Program-made: the position numbers and the translations under genes
Part shown: piece after piece, positions 1 through 13,900 of the stretch
Layout of the letters: each line of letters begins with the position of its first letter
Numbering within the stretch: the first letter of the stretch is position 1
Assembly: GCA_030141605.1 (NCBI GenBank)
Contig: JAQGDQ010000138.1
Location: 456,007 to 520,006, forward strand
Length of the DNA: 64,000 nucleotides
Source: Tubiluchus corallicola
Lineage: Eukaryota > Animalia > Priapulida
Direction: 5' to 3'
Notes under the pieces: model-generated
Databases searched by the model: none
What the model was told of the DNA's origin: nothing
What the model saw: only the letters and a program-made list of their open reading frames with translations

Positions 1-832
1 ATAGTAATATCAAACTAGCAATGCCCTATAAAAGTTCATAGTAACAGTACCATATTTATATAACTTTCGGAAGCATTCTTCGATAGATTATTGGCATTGT
101 TTTTGGGCACCATCTTGCTCTTCACACACTTTCAGAAACTGTTGTCTGTGCATCTGTATAAAGCCTATAATACTGTAGCAATGATTATAAGCAGCTAGAA
201 CAATTGGTGATACTTTTCTATCTTGTGCGCTTTCTCATCAAGAAATTGTGAGAAAGAGAATGTTGAACTATGCTGTCTCCTCTTGGTCAAGTGAACATCT
301 CTTTAAAAGTAATTTTAAAACCCTGGAATTTGTTTCATCCAAGTTGCAGGAGAATTTTTGAACTTTTGCTATTTTCTCTGGGACAGTCACCTCAACATTC
401 AAATATCATTTTTTTCTGTCTTGTGTTTGTACAAATTTTCATAAAATAAAATTCTCATGGTTTTTGAACAGGTGACCCTCATGCTGCAAAACTAAATTGT
501 GTCTATTGGTATGCTTTAGAATAATCAGGGTACATTGTATGATGCATAACTAAATGTTTTAACTTAAAATAAAATGAAAATCTGAGTTTGAAATTGGATT
601 CTTGTTCAAATTCTCAAAGGTTTTGTTTTATTTTTAATAAAATTTGGCATAAATTCTCTATATTTAACATTTTTATTTTTAGAAGTGTAAAGTGGAAGTC
701 GAAGACCAGACAATTTATAATAACATTCCAACAATTTTTGGTTAATTTTATGCAATACAAAATTATGTATATAATATTAGCAATGATTAGCTAGCACATT
801 AGTACTTTCATAATGTTTTCATCTTTTTTCAG

Positions 833-3800
833 GGAAGGCTGAACAATGTCTTAGCAGATATTGCAATTACTGCTGATAGATCTGCAGTTCCACCTGGGTA
901 TAGCACTGTTGATCTTACTGTTGATACTCGTAAGTAATCTTACACACATGATATCAGCTGAGGGAGAAATAGTTATTACTTATTAAGTGCTGTAGTGATC
1001 TCAATAGACAGTAATGATGTGGTACAGAGTTTTATTTTATGTTCTGCTTGTTATAGCTTTTTACCTATGACCTCAAATAACCTTAAAAGTATAATATCCA
1101 GAGTTAATTAAATTATTTTAAAATGAGTTAGATGTGAAAAGCTTAGATGTAGGGGACCAAAAATATGAAAATTTGTACTCCATTATGCATGTGAAATGTT
1201 CTGCTGCTATTGGTTGTGTTTTTTTATATATTTTTTTGCATTAAAATAAAAGACTATATGATTGTGCTGTCTTATGTGTTTACTTATTTTCACGTTTACA
1301 CATTCATTATAACGATGTATTGTATGTAGCAAATTATGAGAGGTTCATTTAGTCTGCATCACAATATCATATGGTTGCATTATGCATATTTTGTGTTATA
1401 GGAGAAAAAGCGATGAAGAAAAAACAACTAATAGTAAAAATGTTACCAAGAAATGCAACAAGCTCAGCTGTATGTGAAATCATTATTCTTAGTAAGATGA
1501 GACGGCCACCAAATGGTTACACCATTGCTGGGTAGGTTTAAGTTCAATGTTCTGACATTTTAGCTGAGGAAATTCTCACCTCCAAAAAAAGCTGCAGAAA
1601 GCATTGGGAATAGCAGAATCCTAGTTAGGTCCAATGCTTTCCAAGTCTAGCCAAAAACACTAGCTGTACGAAATTTGGATATGAAAACCGTTTGACCATG
1701 ACGCGCCCATGGGAAATTAGTGCTCTTTTTGTTGCCTATATGAATATGTGAAACAAGATTGGCTAAAATGAATGAGCTTTTGTCAAACATCAAGAACTTC
1801 AAGGTGTCAAACATGGGAGCCAGTAGACCTGCAGCATCATCGATGCTTTGGTTTTTAAGTTAAATGAATTATAATTTATGGTTTTATCTATCATTATTTT
1901 CATTTACAAGTGTGCAAGAAACTGCCAGTTTTATTGGTGGAAGTAATGTTGCCGTTGATATTACTAGAGCTCAACATTTTTTTGTAATTTTGTCATTTTT
2001 AAGTTGAGCAAATTAAATTGATGTATTGCTGTAATCTTTTTATTATTTTTTCTCTTCAGCAAGCAGCTGCATAACAGTGCAATAAAAGTAGCTAAAGTAG
2101 CATAGATAGTACGCTTACTTTAGTTTAATGCGTTTGTTGTATAGTGGCTAAGAAGCCTAGTTAAGTTGTTATGATAGTGAAAAATAGTAAGGCAGATATG
2201 ATGGGGCTATGGGAGGATTAGCTGAATGAAACTGAGAGAGATTAGTGACTGATATTGTGATAACTTTATTGAGGTCTCATAAACTTATTCACATGTTTTT
2301 TTTCTGTTTCTACGTTACTGAGGCAAATGAAAATCATTACTAACCCTCCAAAATTTATATAATTTTTCTAGTAGCTTAGTTAAACTCAGAATCTAAAAAC
2401 AGCTGGGTATAAAAATCTGCTATAAAGAATATAGAGTATAAAACTTGTTAAAATTGCAACCATAGTGTGAACTTATTGGGTAGATCTGAAGTGCATTAGA
2501 GGGCTTGTGGGATAGTAATGTTTGGAATTTATGCAACTATTACCCGATATCCCCCTAAAGTTTCTACGCTGTTTCTTTTTGGCACTTGCAATATTAGAAA
2601 TAAATATGTCTCAACAAGTATTGCCATCAAGCGAGAATTGCATAGACCATATAGTCTGTGTGCTGTGTGAAAACAAAATACAAAAGTGCTCTACATTTGG
2701 TTGCTAATGTTTTAGTTATAATTTTTATGAATTTCTCATTTTGCAGTGAGGACTTAAACAGCATGTGCATATGTTTCAAGTATGGACCAGTTCCTGCTGA
2801 GAAACAAGACCAAAGTCAGTCCGTGTAAGTTTTACTTTGTTATTTTCTTTGTTATAGGCATTTGGCATTTGCGTTTCCAGAGCCTTTAGTTTTTAGAACA
2901 AGATGTTAAAAGATATTGTGAAGTATTTTAGTCAAATAATAGTCATTTAAATTTTGACTCCGATGTATGTTGACTATTGTGAACAGATTTATTATTTAGC
3001 AAGTATTTTGCATACTCATTAGTCCCAGTTTGCAGAAAGAGATTGTCATTGAAAAGATTCCTATTGCTTATCAGATAGCTGTTCAGTACATTAATCACTG
3101 TTGCTTAAATTATGTAGAGTTTATGTTTTTTTAGCTCTCAGGCTTTTATTTAAAAAGAAACACATCATTGTTAAGAACGAAAGCAAAAAGGTGAAACTTC
3201 AGTTGTCAATTTAACATTTGTTGGGATTATATCCTCTCTGTTTTGGTGTACGTATTAGAATAAATATGTAGGTCACCGAAGAAAAATTCAGTGGAAAGTG
3301 AGCAAGTCTTCCAGAGACTGTCATATTCCTCATAGTTACACAAAAGTAGTGTTAAGATCACATATGTGATACACTGTCTGATGCTTACAGTGCTGAAGCC
3401 AATTTGCCATACACCCTGAATCCAGCGGGTTACTTACAGCAACATCGTCAAGGTGCAGCCCCTCCTTCTCCTGCTGTTGTGGAGGATGAGAACCGTCCGG
3501 CAGGTTGGGGTCAAACAGGGTCGCGCAATCCTTTGAAACGGATGGACACGGTTTTAGCTAAACACTATAGCAATACAGCTGCAAAAACACGTAAGTAACA
3601 GCGAAGCGTCTCCTCATTTTGAACCACATTTAAATTATTTTAAAGTTTATAATATATCACACTTTGGCTCTTGTAAGAAAAAATATCAAATTTTTCTCAG
3701 CTGCTGGTTTTTGTTTCAGCAATACAAGGTATTCCATTTGAAATCAATCCGAAATTGCAGGGAAACTCCACAGATGTGAGTCTAATAATTTATTGTACAT

Positions 3801-6152
3801 ACGAATGTAATTTTTCTTAGATGATGCAGGTCTGAAAGAGCCTGAATTCATCTTGTTTTGTTGCTATTTGGATAACATTAATGTGCTACTGCAAAAAAAT
3901 GTGGAACACTATGTTGGTAAGGCATTACATGCTAAAATCAGCCAGGTGTGTCAGAGTGCAGAGTCTTGTGACTTCAAAGTCATGATGGCAGTCTAAACAT
4001 TATCTTCTTGTTTAAAATTTTGCACAGTTTGTTTGTTAAAAGTTGTATTTTTATTTGAACTAGGCTGGACAGCCGCATTGGCGTGCCATGTCACCGCACT
4101 CTGAATGAGATCGTCATTTTGGCGATATTTTCAGTTTAATGTAATTGTTAATGTGATGTGATATTCAACAATCTATAATAAAAACAGCAGTTGTTTTAGT
4201 GTGCAAACAACATGCATTCGTTGTTGTGCTTTTCATTTGTCATTAGTATGAATAAGTGTTTGTTAGTGGCACATTTGTTACTGGTATGAGAAAACAAAAA
4301 GCACCGAATTAAGTATGCTGTTGCCTTTAAAACTTCAATAATATAATTACCGGTGCTTTTACTTGAGTTACTAGTAACTAATGTGTATAAAAAATTTACA
4401 TTTTCAGTTCAATATCCGGCAGTTACCATTCATGTCATTAGCTGACATTGAAAATAAAGTAAGTAAATTATTCTTACAACTGTCTTTTGTTAAAGTCGTA
4501 AATACCATCTTGCTTTACTAAGTAATTTTTACTCTCGGTTGAATGTAGTGTAGTAGTTGATTAAACAGGCAGCATGATGAACAGGATTCCTTGAGCTCAA
4601 GTTGGCTTAGAGTTGAAGTTTTACCTTTAATTCAGCTATCTGGATTTGAGCATAATGAGAGGGGCTTCAGTCTTGCGTGGAGTTTAGGAATTATTCTTGT
4701 GCCATAAAGTGCAAAACTACCCTCTACCCAGTGGTACATGTTACATGAATGGAATACAATAACGACTGCTATTCCATACACGAACGGAATGAATTAAATT
4801 TTAGACATTTTCTATAATATAGGAACGGAATGAACGAAAATTTGGAAAAATAATGGCAATACAAAGATTTATACTAGTTTATTAAATAGCTTGTGATAAC
4901 AAAACTTGGAATACTGTCCTATCGACCCTACTATTGAAAGTTTCCATGATTTTATTTAATTGTATGGGAAATGTGTCCCCTCATTTTGAAACCAGACATA
5001 CGCAGACGGTTAGTCGTAGATACCTTTGCATATGCCACATCAAGCCACAAAATTTACAAAATGCTACATTGTAAAATAAAGGAAATAACAGAGTATATTA
5101 ATAATTTATTCGCTGTCGTTTTTATTTCTGAATTAAATGAACGTAGATGTAGATACTTGTAGAAGTTGAAGAAAGTAGATGATACATACATATAGGCGAT
5201 GCAATTTGAAAGTATATGTAGATTAATGGTAGATGAGAAAAAAGCAGATGTTTCAAACGTTGCCATTATGTTCCTGATGGCAAGTACAAAGTAGAAGAGA
5301 GAAAGGAATTGTTTTTTTTTGGAATGTGCATTACTTCTCTCACTGTTTTGGGAGTAATCTTCACTACAATCCTTAAGCAAAGCAGACAAGAAGGCAAATA
5401 AGAAAGTATGCCATATAAAAAGTAATTTTTCTTACCTAGACAAGAAGATAAAGAAGAAGCAACAATAAAGTGGGATTAGCATATAGAAATATAGTCTGTT
5501 ATCTAGTTCACCTATGTGATATAGAATTTGACGCGATGTAGCAAAGAGAACATACATATTGAAATTACTGTACATGTCACGAATGTGCTAAGACTATGTG
5601 TGCTTGCATAACAAAATCGTCTGTAAGTTGGCAATTAACCCTTTCTAGCTATTCACATATCCTGATTCTGCATTTCATGAGGATCATTTTGATACCAAGC
5701 TCATTGCTCTATATTATTTCTAAGCTGAGATAAACCACATTGAAGTGAGGCTCAGGCTATGCAGTGAAAAACATAATCTTGAGAAAATCATTGTTAAAGT
5801 CAGCCATTGTTTATTGTGGCGTCTCTACAAAATACTTAGCAACCGTACGAAAGTGTGGTTAATATGGACTATATTTAGCGTTGGTTTACACAAAATACGA
5901 AAAATTGGCAATTGACTAAATTTTTGGGTCATTCTGCTTTGAAGTGTCATTACATAATTTTAACTATGCCGATTTATGGACGGTTTTGGTACGCAAGCAC
6001 ACATTTGTATTTTTGGATTCATCCAGTTGCTGTACTGTGATATCGTAATTCCGTGCCTAATAAAATTTTTATTCATTTGTTTTTTGTTTCAGTATCATTA
6101 TGACTTCAGTATAGAAAGAACGGCCTTCAGCTACGTTGACGGAGAAGCATGA
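833..6152 (+). CDS. MVB12: Multivesicular body subunit 12 (ESCRT-I; MABP + UMA domains), 5'-partial. Exons 833-929, 1402-1531, 2747-2824, 3391-3590, 3720-3775, 4408-4458, 6093-6152
   Basis: Seven GT-AG exons splice in frame to GRLNNVLADIAITADRSAVPPGYSTVDLTVDTREKAMKKKQLIVKMLPRNATSSAVCEIIILSKMRRPPNGYTIAGEDLNSMCICFKYGPVP...PIQGIPFEINPK...SLADIENKYHYDFSIERTAFSYVDGEA*. This matches the recalled MVB12B MABP domain (NVLVDM...TVDTQEVAFRKKRLCIKFIPR...ELNSMGIWYRMGRVP) and C-terminal UMA motif (DGVPF...EYEYSF). The N-terminal exon(s) were not found in the window. Confidence 0.92.
5596..6004. mobile_element. Non-autonomous DNA transposon (MITE) family A, short copy, in last MVB12 intron
   Basis: About 38-bp imperfect terminal inverted repeats (ATGTGTGCTTGCATAACAAAATCGTCTGTAAGTTGGCA / TGCCGATTTATGGACGGTTTTGGTACGCAAGCACACAT). 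Both arms align to the reverse complement of 15649-16317. Confidence 0.8.
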
Positions 6153-7680
6153 GGAAACTAACGCTAGCCGCATCTAAGAAAGCTGCTTTAGTCAAATGAG
6201 TGAATGTTAGTCATAACAGTTTATTCTGCCTTCTCAGAGCATTTCTGCTTTTAATTTTTACTATCTTACACACCCTACTGATAGTTAGTTAAAAGATCTG
6301 TTGTATATGCATGGTTGCATGTCAAATTTATACAGCTGATCAATAAATACCTTTTCAATAGATGTAGCATGCCTCTGTTTAACATTACATTTTTAGAGGT
6401 CTTCTGCTGCCACTTTAGTGCATGTTTTTTGTTTTCAAAATATATATTGAATTGTCATGCCTCGCTGTATTTTTAACTTTTTGTTTCTAGTATATTTATA
6501 TACCAGTGTCGATTACGTATGTAAAAAGCTTCAGATGTCTATAGTAACTTGTAACACCTAGAGTTATGATTTTGTTGAACTGCTTGGTATCAAAATGCTA
6601 TTTTGTAGTTTGTAGCTGACAAAAAGAATTCCCTAGGCTAGGAAGGTCATGCTGTTCTTACTCAAATTATTTGGTACTAAATATCAAATTGAGTAAAGAA
6701 CATGATACAGAAATGGTGAAAACTACTGCTGTCATAGTTAACATGCATTTATTTTAAATGGTCGTCTTTTAAATTGAAATATTTCAGTAGCATTTTAGGA
6801 ACCCTAATATAAACAAGGATATATACAAGGATATGAAGGATATATACTTTACAATGTTATTTTGGTAAACCAAGCTGCGATTTCACATTTCTTACTGTAA
6901 ATTTCTTTGATCGTATTCCCCCACTTAACACGAATATACCTGCATTTGTCTTTACTGCTCATGAATGACTAAGTTGAAGCATATTGTATAGCTGGAGGTT
7001 ACACACATTTCATCTTTAAAATTGATGTGATAGGCTGATAGCATTGCCAATTGCACAATTGCCATTGTGTTTCAACACTGGTTTTAGTCATAACTTGGTT
7101 TTTTAATTTTAATAATAATCAGCAGATTGCTATTTTATACTTTACATGCAAGGTAAATTATGAAAGATAACAGTTTGATTTGTAGTAAAAGTAGGATTTT
7201 TTAGATATATTATATACATTATTAATGTACATCAGTAGTATTTAAATGCAAAAGAATCAAACTTGTAAAACATGTAATGAGTATTGAAATAATGAGTGTA
7301 TTTTTATTGTAACAAACCCAATAATACTCGTAGAACTTTTACAATTTTTCTTCTTCTAATACAGTCAGTACAGTAGCACGAAGGTGTGACAGTTTAGTTA
7401 AAGATCTTATTGTGCTGCAAATGCACTAAACAATTGAAAAATTAAAATATTTATAATAATAAAATAATAGCAAACAATCGCATAAGTTATTATCACATCT
7501 TGTTATCAATCCTGTACATGCACATAATACGCCAACTTATTTCACTAAGCACTGGAACTGGAGAAAGTAAATTCATTCATGGAAATTCATGGATAAGGTC
7601 ATTCATGGAATCCTTTACACGAGTTTATAGAGCACTGTCTGGGTAGAAATGGTCGTGGTACCAACAAAAAGTCATATTGT

Positions 7681-7765
7681 TATTTACATGTTAGGATACT
7701 ATTGTGCAACAATTGTATTATTTATTTACATGTTAGGATACTATTGTGCAACAAATGTATTATTT
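7681..7765. repeat. 42-bp tandem duplication in presumed POLR2I 3' UTR
   Basis: TATTTACATGTTAGGATACTATTGTGCAACAA(T/A)TGTATTATT occurs twice in tandem. Confidence 0.85.
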
Positions 7766-7914
7766 TTAGAATGAATCAAATACTAACTTGAGGTTCAAAT
7801 GACACCTCCACTTTTGTTTTCATGAAAGACGGAATCTTGCAGTAAAATACTTGGTTGCAATCAGTGGGTAAAATATTACAGTAAGTACATACTAAGTCCA
7901 GTGGTGGCGTTTGA

Positions 7915-10900
7915 TCATTCAGTCCAGCGGTGAGTGCAGTTAGAGTTCGTGCAAACGTAGTACAGCCGCATACCTTCCTACAATGTGTGAAATAAACTAT
8001 AAAATATGGCATATACAAAGACTACAAAATACATGCAACACGAAATTTTATATTTTTCTAACAAAATGAAAATCAACTTTTGTATTTTCAGTTTAGGTTT
8101 ATTGTGCACATACTTCACTTACATTAATAGTGCAATAACTTTCCAAATTCTGCATTAACTTTTGTAGCAATAGAAAAACAGCGTCAGTTTAAGTTTAGAT
8201 GCATTCCTTACAAAGTAGGTTTGACAGCTCTATAAGAAACACGATCTTAAATAACTTATTACATTTTGAAATCTATTCAAGTTTCTAGTGTATTCAAAAG
8301 GTTTGCTCAAATTTCTTTTTTTACATTTTTAAGCAAGGCATTTTGCCCTCATATATCGTGGTAATTTCAATATTTTTTTTAAGTGTATATTAAAATATAG
8401 TAAATGTTGTTCGATTGTTGGTTCTCGCTTTAAAAACAAACGTGTAATTCTCAAACTCTTTTGGTCTTTTTGCTGCTCATTTTATGGCAGTTCAATACAT
8501 GAGTTATCTGACAAAAGTGTGAAATCCTTAGTAACTGAGTTAAGGTAGGCTTTAAGTGCAGGATGTTGATTCAAATATGACTCGAATATGATTCATTGCA
8601 TCTCGTGCATCTGACCATTCACAATTTTAATTACAAAATGTATGTAAATGTTGAGCAGTCGTATAAAAAAATGGGCAAGACGATGAGATTGTGAGAAACT
8701 TATCTATCATAACTGATAATAGAAACAGCAACAATGGCGAAGAACCGCACAATTACACATTCAAGAAAGTTTATAGTTTTAGCCGAATTGACTTTGTGTT
8801 GTGAACTTTTATGGACACTTAATCATGAATTTGTAATCACGGATTTTTCTAATGATGAAGTAAAACAGCTGCTGCTAAACTTATTAACTGACTAATTAAA
8901 TGCTGGCCTATCCTAACAGTATAATATGTAAAACCAATTCTATGCTGTTGTAATATACTAGTTTTTTTAAATTTAAATTTATGTAAATATTGTACAGATT
9001 AACTAAATTATTATCGCAATTGTGTGAAATATAACACTCATTTGTAAAGCAAAATAAATAATATACACATAGACTGAACGACTGTACTAGCCTATAACTT
9101 TTTATCTGAAAAAATATGCACAATACCTCTCCTTTTTTGGTTTGAGATTGAAAAAATACTGCCTCTTTGTGCCCGCATTTTGGACAGGAATGGTCCTCTG
9201 TACGAGGTAGTGTTGGATCTGCAATCACGTCAGCAACAAGATGAGTCAACTCACTGCGGAAGAAAAGATAACCACCATACAATGTATCATATAAAACAGA
9301 GTACAATTTCATCTGCCTACAGAAAAGTTAGTTCAAAATTACATTTATATCGTCTTTCAGCATTTAGCTCCAAGGTTCCTGCACTACAAACTCAGTCAAA
9401 ATACTACACCAAATTCTAATATGAGACTGGTGCAAATGCATAAGACAGACAATTACATGATTCCACCAATCAGAGTGAGAAAGTATGTGTTAATGTAAAT
9501 AAATAAGAACATGAAAGAAAAAAATGAAATAGAACGAGAGGAGAGAGAGCAACTAGTAGTATATGCAAGTTCCTAAGGCAGCATAAGTTGTTACTTACTA
9601 TGTACTTAATATACTTACTCAACTTCATGCATTATCTTATTCACATATATGCAGTTGTTGTCTGCAATCTGCTGATATTCACAATTTCGACACTATATAA
9701 TATAAAAACAAACCATGTGTACATAAATGGAAAAAATACAAGCAAAAAAAATCACAGAAGAATAACTCTGTTTTATAAAAATAGCTGTTATTTCAAAACA
9801 CAAACCAGAAATTTGAAAACAGTCATAAAGCAGTAAACCTGATTCTAAAATAAAAGTCACATAATTAAAGAAGGCTTGCTCAGCATATAAAAAAGAAGTA
9901 AAAGCCACTATGCGAAAAAAATTACATTATAATATACCAAAAAACATTATACAAGTATACCAATTAGTAACTGAATACGAAAATTCTGTTATAATGAAAG
10001 TACAGTATACAAGCATGCAATCACAAAAACAATTACGCTTATTTATATTCAAAATCACAAACTGAAATGGGAACGGAAGCACTCTTTAAAGTGCTTAAAT
10101 TCATTCTCACGCAGCATAATTTAAAAATTTCTTACATGTTAATACAAGGTCTACTACGGTGATTACACAGCACCCTCCTCCTACATCTACTAGGAAAAGC
10201 AGTTAAACTCTACAACTATCCTGCTTCCCACCGAATGTAAGTAAAAATGGCATAGGAAAAAAATGGCCAGGAAAAAATAACACATTTGGTAAAATATGTT
10301 TATGGCTAGAGTAATAGCGGGGATTATTTTAGTTATTTCTACCTCTGCCAAGAAAGTCGTGCTGCAACATGGTTTGTTTGCTTGGTGGCTGTTTTTGTCT
10401 GTATGGCAGTAAGCTATTACACAAAAACTACCTAACAGATTTCTAGGAAACATTGTGAAGAAAGGTTGGTATAGGGTGCTAAAATGGGAATTTTTTCTCT
10501 GGTTCTTTTTTCACAGAACTTGACCAAATACCATATACAAAAAAGTATTCATGAAGCACTTCATGGAGTGCTTCATGAAGTCTCATAGGGAGCATTTAGT
10601 ACTTCTTTTTGTTATCTCCACCTGGACAAATAACGAGTTAATTCCTGTTCCATTATGAGAAATTCTTGCTAGTAAAACTGTGTAGCACTGTCTATAATCT
10701 TTACTTACTAATGTGTATAGCCTTATAAGATAACTTGGTATGTAAAACTAAATACGTATATATTGTCAGTCTATTACCATCGCCAAAATTAACGGTTAAA
10801 AAGGTAGGAAAACACTATGTGGAACATTTGTGCATTATTGATTATAAATCTGTTTAATGAACAAACATTTTGTGAGTCTGGTATGTTGCTAGTGACTCTT

Positions 10901-13900
10901 TTGTGAGTCTATATAACGCCAATCAGACGAATAAGTTCAGCATTGTTTGGCTTTGGCAGAGATTTGCTAATACTGGCCCTACTGAGCGCATTCTACTTAT
11001 TAGAAATCAATTGCATCAAAATAACATATGTGCCATTTTGCCTAGTTTTCATTTGTACCATTTTTACCTACTTTTCCATTTGTGCCATTTTTACCATACT
11101 ATTCTTTTGTTCGCTCAATCTTGGTTTTCAACTAGCGTGAGTATCGTCAGTAGTTAGTAGTGAAGCCCCATCTTCGACACTTTTTATACCCCACCATTTT
11201 TAGATGGTTATTTTAATACCAAATCCGTGAGCCAGTAGAAATGCCTTCGAGGCAGCACTTTTTAATTCTTTACAAAAGTACATTTTTAGACATTTGGGAA
11301 AAACTTTCTCATTTTTTTCGAATGAGCTAATAAGTACTGTGAGAAGAAAGGTTGCTTTAAACTTTTAAGTTAAAACATTTTACATGGTACACCTAAAGTT
11401 TGGTTGCGGTATAGTTTTATTTAATTTCAGTTGTCATTTATCAAAGGTTTGCCATATTAACTTTTTTGAATCTCAGACAGTCTAAACTGGTTCATTGTTT
11501 CCACTTTAATGGCTTCATTAATGTGACAAACCATCTATTATTTACTTGTTTGTCACTTTTTCATTTCACAGTCCTTTATGGTGACAGCTGTACACTGGCT
11601 AGTGTAAGTTGCTTGCATTATACATACTTTACAGCTACAGCCTGAGACGGGCAGCCCTGGCAGTCAGTCGGCCGTTATTGAAAGGCCTAGGTCACGTAAA
11701 ACGACCATCGTCTGATCTTTCACGTCTGTGAAAAGACAGTCAGAAATGTCGATTAGCATTGTCGATGTTATGGTGCAGTAGCCGTCACTATTTCTTCTGT
11801 CAACAGCCATTGTTTACAGTGCTGACAGGTCTATGTCGAGTATGTTGCTTTGGTTCGACGAGGTAGTTACCGTTACTGTCATTGTACGAGGATTCGTCCA
11901 AACCTGAAACCACGCTAAAGTTTATGGTGGACAGTCCATTGTTGGTGGAGCAAACCATAGTTGGTGAATCCATGGATGTTACCCCACAGGTTAGCAGCTG
12001 TCGTTTCACAAGATGTTCATGGAGCGTCTGGTAAGCCAAGACTTTTGTACATTTGCTCAGCATTTGCTAGTTAGCATAATTCCGTTTGCATATGGTCATT
12101 GTTGGATTGCCGTCATCGAGAGCGCGTCATCATTTGCATGCGCTACCATCACTAACACCTCCCCTCTCTATTATTAGACTAAAGAATATATTTGCTGTAC
12201 TGTGATTGATTGTTATTGCTAACTATTTCTTTTCTCCTGGTCAAAATCTATTAAAGTAGTAATGAATTAAATTTCATTATATATAGCTTAATAGTTGGTT
12301 TGGTATTCTATCTACCATCGAATATTACTAGCTCATCAAGGCTCCTAGGCTTGGGTTCCGCATGCTCCCATATGAAACAATTAAGCCTTAGCCCGACTCC
12401 AAGATTCTAGTAGTAAATTGTCTAACACTATAGAACCCCAGAACCACGTGTTACACCTCGTTTATAGGGCGGTCGTGCCTGCTTTTCATGACATTGAGAA
12501 TCAGATTACATTACCTATAGACATGGTGTCACAATTACCAAAAAGCTTTGTGTAGGTTTTAAGAATAAACCTAGATGACTTTTTTTGCACTGTAGATGGG
12601 CAATGCTATGTTGCACAAAGAGCACAGGTGTTTAATTTCACTGTGATTGCATTTTGTGTGATGTTTACATCAAAGAATCAGTTGGTGCAAAATTGAGACA
12701 AACACTATAAAACCTTACAGAACTGGAATATCTGCATGTGAAATTTTACGAAAAAAAATTTGCAACTGATCGATGCCCTAACACGTGCCCAACCTTAAAG
12801 TACCATTTTCTAAAACCAAAACAATTAAGAGGTCTGAAGTTCTTTGACTTTTACAAGCTGCATGTACTGGCTGTTAAGCGACAATACTTGATCACTAAAG
12901 GTCATGCTATTAGGCTGATGTGTATAAAAATAGGCCTCTATCAAAATTTAATGTGAATTCCTCGGTTTACTTATGGGTTTAAAAGCTAGTTACGAGGGAT
13001 GGCCTTACAAAGTCAGATTTGATTAGACCTTAATAGCTATTATAGGCTGTGCAGTATTATGCTTGAAAATTTGTTTAAATACTGTAGCCATCAATCATTT
13101 GTTCGAGTAAGCAAGTTTAAAATTTGAAAAAGTGAGGTCTTATTTAATTTAGCAGATATTTTATTTGTAGTTATGTTCAGTAGTATGAGTGACACGTACA
13201 GTAGGTGTCACTTAATAGACTCACTTTGGGACCAACGTGTTTTGACCCAATTAACCGACTGAACCTATTAACTGATGGGGCTAGTATTACAGATATAGAA
13301 GTATGAGTCATCAGCTTACTATGCACTGCAAAGTTTTTTAATGAATTTTAGAAATGCAGTAATGCCTAAATTCCTTTGCGCAGTTAAAAATTAGAAAAAT
13401 ATTCTAAAATATTAATTTGTATAAGTGAATTAGCAATAAATTGAAAAGCATACGTCTCTAAATCACAGACCTTTCTAAGTCTGTTTATTTACAAAAATTA
13501 CAAAAATTCCTTCAAAGTTGGCTGACTAATTTTCTCGCGAAGAAGTTGGCCTACAAAGTTCTCATAATTATAAAAACATTGAAAATCTGTTGTTGTGTTT
13601 GACTAAGACAGTTCTGAATCATCTGATCACTTAGATTGTCCGTATTTGCTGTAAAATGTTTACTCTTGTAAGTCTCAAGGAATACTGGCTGATTACTGTA
13701 CCTGCATCTTTGACTGTTAATTCATTAAGCCCAAAAGCGTGATTTGCAACGAGATCATTAAAAGGAAACCGCTAGGCAAATGATTAAATGTTTAGCTTCC
13801 AGAAATTCGATGGGTAACAGTGGGCGAGCGGGTAACAGATCCAAAGCAAAACTGCTACGCTACCATATTAGCGCATGATAAACGTACCTGCTTATAAACA

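Noticed and set aside
11600-12170. GC-richer intronic block with an 87-aa ORF
   Set aside because: No recognisable domain or RNA family; likely an unclassified repeat.
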